Source: Candidatus Latescibacterota bacterium (GTDB lineage: Bacteria; Latescibacterota; UBA2968; GCA-2709665). From it: 64,000 nt of DNA. Below the pieces are notes generated by a model. It saw only the letters and a program-made list of their open reading frames with translations. It had not been told where the DNA came from and made no database searches. The stretch covers positions 3,744,001 through 3,808,000 of the forward strand of contig OZ244744.1 in assembly GCA_965219455.1 (NCBI GenBank), written 5' to 3'. Position numbers and translations under genes: made by a program. Of the stretch, positions 57,306-64,000 are shown in pieces; positions within the stretch are counted from its first letter, which is position 1; each line of letters opens with the position of its first letter.

Positions 57306-58367
57306 ATGCTGCGCTCAATGGTGGTCGCGTTCCTGGCCGCGTGTGTATTGACCGCACCCGTTTCCGCACAGGAAACGGAATCGGTTCGCGGTTTTGAGAT
57401 TGGAACGCTATTCGGACTCACCCATCATTCCGCCGACGGCGAAGGGTCCACGGTGATTGGCCTGCCAAGTTCTCCGACGTTAGGCATCCCGGGTATCCCT
57501 TCGCTCTACGTATCGTGGTTTCCGGTTGCAAACGTGTCGGTCGGTTCGGAGTTCAGTATCGGGCGGACCGCCGGAGACAGATATGGAATCACATCGCTTT
57601 ACTTTGGGGGGCGAGGCACAATCTTTCCGCTGGGACTTTCAAGATCCGGTCTCTACGTGCTGTGCCATGGCGCCCTGCGGCATTTTGATCTTCGTGAACG
57701 CCCTTCAGTGACTGACTTTGCGGCAGGCGGGGGTCTGGGATATCGATGGCGCCTGGGACCGGCTTTCGTATTCCGTGCGGAGGGACGCTATCGGCGATGG
57801 TTCGATGACGGCGTCAACGACTTCTCGCTCCTCGTCGGATTGGGCGCAAGGGCAGGCCCTCGCGATGATGAAAGGAATGACGCCGCCGCCGAATACGAAA
57901 TAGGAACGCGATTCGGGATTTCGCGTATCTCCTCCGACGACGACAGTATCGTCATGATGGCCGTGCCGGGTTCCCCCACGTCCGGGGTGCTTGGAAATCC
58001 ATCGCTCTACGTCTCCTGGTTTCCGGGCGCCAATTTGTCCGTCGGACCCGAAATCAACGTCGGGCGGAGTTCCGGCAGCGCGGTTGGGACCACGTCCCTC
58101 AATCTTGGGGGGCGCGGCTTGTTCACCCTGCAAAACAATGCCGTCTCCGGGCCGTATCTGCTGTGCAACGGCGCGGTTCTGGTTCTCGACGTGGACGAGC
58201 GGGAGGCTGAGGCCGATTTTTCCGCTGGCGGCGGCGTGGGTTATCAGGTGTACCTGGGACCTGCTTTCGTCGCTCGCGCGGAAGGACAGTATCGGCGCTG
58301 GTTTGACGACGAAGTCAATGACTTCTCGTTCCTGATCGGACTTGGCGCCAGGCTTGGCGGCAGGTAG
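57306..58367 (+). CDS. Putative outer-membrane beta-barrel protein with an internally duplicated ~165-aa domain
   Basis: GGAGG RBS, signal peptide, two homologous halves (EIGT.FG...PSLYVSWFP...DF.AGGG.GY...RAEG.YRRWFDD.VNDFS.L.GLGAR) with alternating beta-strand pattern. Confidence 0.75.
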   Translation: MLRSMVVAFLAACVLTAPVSAQETESVRGFEIGTLFGLTHHSADGEGSTVIGLPSSPTLGIPGIPSLYVSWFPVANVSVGSEFSIGRTAGDRYGITSLYFGGRGTIFPLGLSRSGLYVLCHGALRHFDLRERPSVTDFAAGGGLGYRWRLGPAFVFRAEGRYRRWFDDGVNDFSLLVGLGARAGPRDDERNDAAAEYEIGTRFGISRISSDDDSIVMMAVPGSPTSGVLGNPSLYVSWFPGANLSVGPEINVGRSSGSAVGTTSLNLGGRGLFTLQNNAVSGPYLLCNGAVLVLDVDEREAEADFSAGGGVGYQVYLGPAFVARAEGQYRRWFDDEVNDFSFLIGLGARLGGR

Positions 58368-58432
58368 AAAAATGTACTCATGGGATCAAGTTGCGGCGGG
58401 TTTCGGCCCACACGTGGGGAGTGTGTGGGAAG

Positions 58433-58457
58433 GTGGGGCAGACATTCTTGTCTGCCC
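58433..58457. repeat. REP-like hairpin
   Basis: GTG-GGGCAGACA-TTCT-TGTCTGCCC, a perfect 9-bp stem, intergenic. Confidence 0.6.
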
Positions 58458-58640
58458 GCCTCGCTGTCCTTGTACCGAATAACTGCTCGGCCGGACCATC
58501 AGACCTGTGAGATCCTTACGCGGTCCTGGCACGGCACGCGGTCCAAGGACGCCACGCCCTACCCTTGATCCTTTATCATTTGCATAAACCCCTGGACAGG
58601 TTGCATGGACGAAAACAGAATCCATTAAAGGGACTTCTCA

Positions 58641-60968
58641 ATGAAAAACACAATGCTCAATCGAAAACTCACGGTTTCCATTCTCACTGTGTTGCTGGTG
58701 ATATGCGCGGTACCCGGTGCCGGTCATGGCTTCTTCGATGATCTCTTCGGTGTTATCGGAGACGTTGTCGAGACCATCGCCACTGTCGCCACGACCGTCG
58801 TAGACGTCGCGGTCGCAGTTGTGGACGTCGCCGTCGGGGTCGTGGAGGTCGCGGTCGGGGTCGTCGATCTCACGGTCAGCCTCGCGTTGACGTTAGTGGG
58901 GCATACGGGTTGCGTGCTGGCCACCGCCTTCGACCCGTACGGGGCGACGCTGGCAAGCGGCGGTTGCGACTATGACGTACTCCTGTGGGATATCTTCACC
59001 GGCGGGATCATTCTTACTCTGCGACACGTATCCGCGGTATTGAGTCTGGCGTTTTGCGCCGTCGACGGCTGTGTGCTGGCCAGCGGAACGGAAAATGGAC
59101 TGCTGAATCTGTGGATCCCGGAAACCGGGGAACTCAAGACAACCCTCACCGGGCATACCGGCGCTGTCCTTGGCACGGCATTCAGCCCGGTCGATCATCA
59201 CGTCCTCGCCAGCGGGAGCGCCGATTGGACTGTTCGGCTATGGAATACGGAGACCGGCCTGCACACCAGGACCCTGGAAGGGCATACGGACAGCGTCTCG
59301 AGTCTCGCGTTCCGTCTGGACGGCGAAGTGCTTGCCAGCGGCAGCGCGGACGGGACCATCAGGTTATGGGATGCGGAAACGGGCGCCCACCAGCGCACTT
59401 TGAGCGGGCATACGGGGACCATTACGAGCCTGGCATTCAGTTTCGACGGCAGTGTAATTGCCAGTGGGAGCACGGACGGCACCGTGCGGGTGTGGAAGTC
59501 CGAGGACGGTGAACATCTGGGGACGCTCAATCACAATTCGCCTGTCCTCAGTGTGGCGTTCGCCGCGGGCGACAGCCTCTTCGCCAGTGGGGGCGCCGAT
59601 GGGGTAGCGCGGCTGTGGGACCCGCTCACGTGGAAAGTCAAGGCGACGCTTGGACATGAATCTCCCGTCCGCAGTGTGTCCTTCAGTCCGGATGGCCGCT
59701 TTCTCGTCACCGGCGCCGACGACGGAGACGTGCGAAAATGGGAGCTCACGTCCGTTGGCGTTCGATTCACGCGGGACCCTGCAAATGATTTCGCCAGCCT
59801 TCGCCCGGCCCGAAACACGTCCCCCGCGGGCATCTGGTCTGACGGAACGACGATGTGGGTGGCTGACCAGCATGACGAAAAGCTGTACGCGTACGATATG
59901 ACCTCCAGGGACCGTGACCGTTCCAGGGACTTTGACGCGCTGGACCCGGCCGGAAACGATTCGCCCGCGGGCATCTGGTCGGACGGGGTGACAATGTGGG
60001 TGGTGGACAACCGTGACAGGAAACTGTACGCCTACGACGTGGCCTCACGTACCCGCGACCCTTCCAGGGACTTTGACACGCTGGATCGGTCAGGAAACGA
60101 CGATCCAGCGGGCATCTGGTCGGATGGTACGACGATGTGGGTGGCAGACTTTTCCGACGGGAAATTGTATGCATACGACATGATTTCCAGGGCCCGGGAT
60201 CCCGCGCGGGAGTTCATCACGCTCGGTAGTGCCGGAAATGCCAGACCGATCGGCATCTGGTCGGACGGGACTGCAATGTGGGTCGTGGATTGGTACGATG
60301 AGAAGCTGTACGCCTACGATGCGACGTCGAAGGCACATGACGCGGTCAAAGACATTGAAACACTGGTTGGCGCCGGAAACACTGAGCCTCGAGGCATCTG
60401 GTCGGACGGGATGACCATGTGGGTGGCCGACTTCGACGACGTTAAGCTCTACGCCTACGAAATGCAGACCGGTTCCGCTTCCGTGGGCACGCCGACCCTA
60501 GGTGCGCCGGTTATCCGTTCCGTGATGCCGGGACCGGGCTCTGTCACGGTGGCCTGGGCCGCCCCCGCCGGCGACGCCACCGTCACAGCCTACGACCTGC
60601 GCTACATCCGCAGCGACGCCCCGGACAAGGCCGACGCGAACTGGACCGTCGTGGAGGACGTGTGGACGACGGGATCCGTATCGTTGAGCCACGAATTGAC
60701 CGGCCTGATAGGCGGTACGGAGTACGAGGTGCAGGTGCGGGCTGTTACCGGTTCCCGCGAAAGCCCCTGGTCGGCCGTCGGCGCCTCAACCCCTGTGACG
60801 CAAGGGCACGCTGCAACCGATTTTAATGGCGACGGGCGGACCGATTTTGTCGATTTCTTCCTCTTTGCGGATGCGTACGGCGGAACGGACCCGCGCTTTG
60901 ACCTGGATGGGAACGGGGTCGTGGACTTCGCGGACTTCTTCAAGTTTGTGGATGCCTTCGGCGCGTAG
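58641..60968 (+). CDS. Secreted protein: Val-rich segment, WD40 propeller, GIWSDG propeller, FN3, C-terminal dockerin-like
   Basis: Signal peptide, seven GHT..LASG..LW repeats, five GIWSDG repeats, FN3 nearly identical to that of 55658, terminal paired EF-hand. Confidence 0.9.
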   Translation: MKNTMLNRKLTVSILTVLLVICAVPGAGHGFFDDLFGVIGDVVETIATVATTVVDVAVAVVDVAVGVVEVAVGVVDLTVSLALTLVGHTGCVLATAFDPYGATLASGGCDYDVLLWDIFTGGIILTLRHVSAVLSLAFCAVDGCVLASGTENGLLNLWIPETGELKTTLTGHTGAVLGTAFSPVDHHVLASGSADWTVRLWNTETGLHTRTLEGHTDSVSSLAFRLDGEVLASGSADGTIRLWDAETGAHQRTLSGHTGTITSLAFSFDGSVIASGSTDGTVRVWKSEDGEHLGTLNHNSPVLSVAFAAGDSLFASGGADGVARLWDPLTWKVKATLGHESPVRSVSFSPDGRFLVTGADDGDVRKWELTSVGVRFTRDPANDFASLRPARNTSPAGIWSDGTTMWVADQHDEKLYAYDMTSRDRDRSRDFDALDPAGNDSPAGIWSDGVTMWVVDNRDRKLYAYDVASRTRDPSRDFDTLDRSGNDDPAGIWSDGTTMWVADFSDGKLYAYDMISRARDPAREFITLGSAGNARPIGIWSDGTAMWVVDWYDEKLYAYDATSKAHDAVKDIETLVGAGNTEPRGIWSDGMTMWVADFDDVKLYAYEMQTGSASVGTPTLGAPVIRSVMPGPGSVTVAWAAPAGDATVTAYDLRYIRSDAPDKADANWTVVEDVWTTGSVSLSHELTGLIGGTEYEVQVRAVTGSRESPWSAVGASTPVTQGHAATDFNGDGRTDFVDFFLFADAYGGTDPRFDLDGNGVVDFADFFKFVDAFGA

Positions 60969-61095
60969 GCCGCCGCGACGTTTTACGGCTCGACCGTGTG
61001 TCTTCGTTTAGGGACGTAACACGCCTTTCGCGGCATCGCGTCACTCACCGGCAACCATACAGGTGACAGTGATCCGGCGAGCCCGCTAAAAGTCC

Positions 61096-61185
61096 AATCA
61101 CTCCCCCCTTGAGGGGGAGTCGCAGAAGCCGAGCCGGTCCCCTGAGCCTGTCGAAGGGGCAGGCGACGGCTGATGCGGTGGGGGG
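61096..61185. repeat. REP-like palindromic element copy 2
   Basis: Matches 57123-57183. Confidence 0.8.
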
Positions 61186-61279
61186 ATTTCAACACCTTCT
61201 TGTATGCACGCATCTCGCGTTGACGTCTCACGGCAACGCGCAAATCAGACCACCATCAAGCTGGACAGGAGTGTTATTC

Positions 61280-64000
61280 ATGCCTCTAAGACCGGTTCCG
61301 ATGTATTTCCTGGTTTTCGCGTCGCTGATATTTACCGGTCACGCCTCCGCCGGCTCAAATGCGAACGCGGTACTCTCTCTTGATCTAATTACCGACGGCG
61401 GGGCGGGCAACCGAACGGACGACGGCGTCATCACCGGTACGGTTTCCGGAGACGGACAGACCATCGCCATCGAGGTCTTCGCCGCGGGCGTGAGGACGTC
61501 TCTGGTCGGCGTGGTCCTCAAATTCGAGTTTGACGCTTCACTTCTGGCCTTTGTCAAAGCTGAGAACAGCGCGTTTCCCCTCACGCTTCCTGAAGGTTCC
61601 CTGGGTACCAACCTCGCAACCCGTACGCCGGTTACGCTCGCGCCTTCAGGTTTTCTGGCGCGCGCCGAGTTTGTAACGGTTGCCGATGTAACCGGCCGGG
61701 AGTTTTCCATCGGCATTGAGATGGTCACGCTTGCCGAGAGCATCACGTCGAGCGACGGGCTTTCGACAAACAACGTGATTACGTTTAATGCCGCGCCGTC
61801 TTCCGACTCTGCTGGCAGCGATGTCCTATCGCTCGACCTCGTAGTAGACGGCGGGGCGGGCAACCGGATCGACGATGGCGTCATGTCGGGCATCGTTGCT
61901 GGAAGTGGTCAGACTATCGCCATCGAGGTGTTCGCGGCGGGCGTGGGAACGTCTCTGATCGGCATGGTCCTCAAATTCGACTTCGATGCTTCGCTACTGG
62001 CCTTCGTCAAAGCCGAGAACAGCGCGTTTCCCCTTACACTTCCGGCAGGTTCCGTGGGCGCCAACTTCGCAAGCCGTACGCCGGTCACGTTGGCCCCTTC
62101 CGGTTTTCTGGCGCGCGCCGAGTTTGAAACGGTTGCGGACGTCACGGGCAGGGAGTTTGCCATCGGCATTGATAGGGTTACGCTTGCAGAGAACGTCACG
62201 TCGAGCGACGTGATTACATCAGCGAATGCGGTCACGTTCAATGCGGCGCTTTCTCCCGACTTTGACGGCGACGGGACGGTTGGTTTTCCCGACTTCCTGC
62301 AATTCGTGCAAAGATTCGGTACACAGAGGGGCGACGCGGGGTTTGAAGCCCGTTTTGATCTGGATTCCGACGGGGTGATTGGATTTTCAGATTTTCTGAT
62401 CTTCGCACAGAACTTCGGCAAGAAGGTCTCGTCTCCCGCCGCCCGAGACCCGGACCTGGTCGTCGACAGGCCTACCGTGAGCGACAACGCCCTGACACAT
62501 GGCCAGTCCTTCACGCTGAGCGTGACCGTGCGCAACCGGGGCAACGGTCAGGCGGCCTCGACAACGCTGCGCTATTACCGCTCGTCGGACGCGACCATCA
62601 CCAGGAATGACGCGCCGGTGGGCACGGACGTTATAGGGAGCCTTACGGCTTCCGGGGTCGTCGATCGCTCGATCGGCTTGACGTCTCCATCGAGCGCCGG
62701 AATCTACTACTACGGCGCTTGCGTCGAGCCGGTTTCCGGAGAAACAGCTACGGACAACAACTGTTCCGGTGCAGTGGCCGTTACAGTCACTTCTGGGACA
62801 TTAACCGCAGGAGCGTCGAAACTATACTGGACGGACTGGGGCACGGACAAGATTCAGCGGGCCAACCTTGATGGCTCGGGGATCGAGGATCTGGTCGTGG
62901 GCGGTGGACTGGATGGTCCGGACGGGCTGGCTCTGGACGTGGCCGGCGGGAAGATGTACTGGACGGACGCGGGCGCGTCCAGGATCCAGCGGGCAAACCT
63001 TGATGGCTCCAGTGTTGAAATTCTGGTCACCGGCTTGGGAATACCATACGGCCTCGATCTGGATGTATCCGGCGGCAAGATGTACTGGACGGATCGGCAG
63101 TCCAGCAGGATTCAGCGGTCCGACCTCGATGGTACCGACGTCGAAGATCTGATCACCAGCGGCCTTGTGTTTCCCGGGGAATTGGTCCTGGACGTGCAAG
63201 GTGGGAAGATGTACTGGACGAACCCCGGATCCCAAGAGATCCAGCGTGCCAACCTTGATGGTTCGCAGGTGGAGGATCTCGTTACCAGCGGCCTTGGCAG
63301 TCCCACCGGGCTGGCCGTTGACGTGTCCGGAGGGAAGATGTACTGGACAGACCGTCGCACGGACAGGATCCAGCGGGCGAACCTTGATGGCTCGCACGTG
63401 GAGGACCTGGTGTCCGGCGGCCTGGAAAAACCCAATGGCCTGGATCTGGACGTATCCGGCGGCAAGATGTACTGGGCGGACGCCGGTACGAACAAGATTC
63501 AGCGCGCCAACCTCGACGGTTCGAACGTCGAAGACCTCCTTACGGGCGCCGACGGTCTGGTCGATCCCTCGGGTGTGGCCGTGGGTGGCGCGGCGTCTCC
63601 CTTCCGTATCGAGATCGTCTTCCTCGAAAGCTCTTCAGATGACGGATTCAACGCGTCCCAGAAGGCGTTGTTCCACAGGGCTGCCGTACGTTGGATGTCA
63701 ATCATTGACGGAGACATTCCGGATAGCGACTTCTCGGATAATCCGGTCGACGAGTGGGACGACGATTTGGAAAAACGGATTCGCGTCAACGACTATGTGG
63801 ACGATTTGCGGATATTTGTGGGCATAGGAGACATTGACGGCGCCAAAGGCACCCTTGGGAGAGGCGGAACGCTCATCGCTCGAAGAAACAGACAATCAGG
63901 CGCCCTCGTTACAAAGATCGGAACGATAGCAATTGATGCCGCCGACCTGGAGTGGATGTCCGAGACCTTTCTGTTCGAGGTTATTCTCCATGAGATAGCG
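61280..64000 (+). CDS. Secreted protein (partial): two cohesin-like domains, dockerin-like, CARDB, YWTD propeller, start of an HExxH metallopeptidase (leishmanolysin-like)
   Basis: Absent from the ORF track because it runs off the edge. AGGAG RBS; MPLRPVPMYFLVFASLIFTGHASA-GSNANAVLSLDL; two copies of the 32225 N-domain; DFDGDGTVGFPDFL; window ends in frame at ...FEVILHEIA. Confidence 0.88.
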   Translation, partial: MPLRPVPMYFLVFASLIFTGHASAGSNANAVLSLDLITDGGAGNRTDDGVITGTVSGDGQTIAIEVFAAGVRTSLVGVVLKFEFDASLLAFVKAENSAFPLTLPEGSLGTNLATRTPVTLAPSGFLARAEFVTVADVTGREFSIGIEMVTLAESITSSDGLSTNNVITFNAAPSSDSAGSDVLSLDLVVDGGAGNRIDDGVMSGIVAGSGQTIAIEVFAAGVGTSLIGMVLKFDFDASLLAFVKAENSAFPLTLPAGSVGANFASRTPVTLAPSGFLARAEFETVADVTGREFAIGIDRVTLAENVTSSDVITSANAVTFNAALSPDFDGDGTVGFPDFLQFVQRFGTQRGDAGFEARFDLDSDGVIGFSDFLIFAQNFGKKVSSPAARDPDLVVDRPTVSDNALTHGQSFTLSVTVRNRGNGQAASTTLRYYRSSDATITRNDAPVGTDVIGSLTASGVVDRSIGLTSPSSAGIYYYGACVEPVSGETATDNNCSGAVAVTVTSGTLTAGASKLYWTDWGTDKIQRANLDGSGIEDLVVGGGLDGPDGLALDVAGGKMYWTDAGASRIQRANLDGSSVEILVTGLGIPYGLDLDVSGGKMYWTDRQSSRIQRSDLDGTDVEDLITSGLVFPGELVLDVQGGKMYWTNPGSQEIQRANLDGSQVEDLVTSGLGSPTGLAVDVSGGKMYWTDRRTDRIQRANLDGSHVEDLVSGGLEKPNGLDLDVSGGKMYWADAGTNKIQRANLDGSNVEDLLTGADGLVDPSGVAVGGAASPFRIEIVFLESSSDDGFNASQKALFHRAAVRWMSIIDGDIPDSDFSDNPVDEWDDDLEKRIRVNDYVDDLRIFVGIGDIDGAKGTLGRGGTLIARRNRQSGALVTKIGTIAIDAADLEWMSETFLFEVILHEIA

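Noticed and set aside
32469-63895. Numerous long antisense and alternate-frame ORFs, including periodic ones
   Set aside because: Expected shadows of GC-rich repetitive coding sequence, with no independent protein motifs.
28807-64000. Diversity-generating retroelement behind the repeat variation
   Set aside because: No reverse transcriptase or non-coding template repeat is in the window, and the differences are not confined to adenines.
28807-64000. Classical cellulosome
   Set aside because: No glycoside hydrolase or CBM3 motifs were recognised on any dockerin-bearing protein.

Overview
GC-rich bacterial window; the gene content (microcompartment genes, FlgD-type C-terminal domains, C25 peptidase, many secreted proteins with dockerin-like paired EF-hands and eukaryote-like repeats) suggests an FCB-group, Latescibacterota/Gemmatimonadota-like organism, possibly host-associated (inference only). 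Four blocks are visible. (1) 1-4249, minus strand: start of a bacterial microcompartment locus (CoA-acylating aldehyde dehydrogenase, EutN pentamer, BMC-H shell, PduL) with a GT-C glycosyltransferase inside it. (2) 4549-24606, plus strand: a surface polysaccharide cluster (Wzi, Wzy/WaaL-like, GT2, DegT aminotransferase, WecA-like, Wzx, sulfotransferase, two GT4, epimerase, GT-C) ending in a 1921-aa gingipain/PorU-like C25 peptidase with an FlgD-type tail. (3) 24750-28000: a tandemly amplified regulatory unit (long conserved non-coding leader plus atypical receiver-AraC regulator; two intact genes and one remnant). (4) 28807-64000: a 35-kb co-oriented array of secreted modular proteins. Eight of them carry a dockerin-like module, one is a cohesin+FlgD adaptor, and two carry additional cohesin-like domains. 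Their cargo is LRR, YWTD, WD40, CARDB, GLUG, FN3, cadherin, an unnamed 107-aa repeat, an unnamed 5-bladed propeller and metallopeptidases, with no recognisable glycoside hydrolases. The main hypothesis is a non-cellulosomal cohesin-dockerin surface display complex, possibly anchored by a T9SS/PorU-like sortase to the adjacent polysaccharide. Small MITE- and REP-like elements occur between genes. No rRNA, tRNA, CRISPR array, transposase or reverse transcriptase was seen. All domain calls are by eye from motifs; no searches were run.
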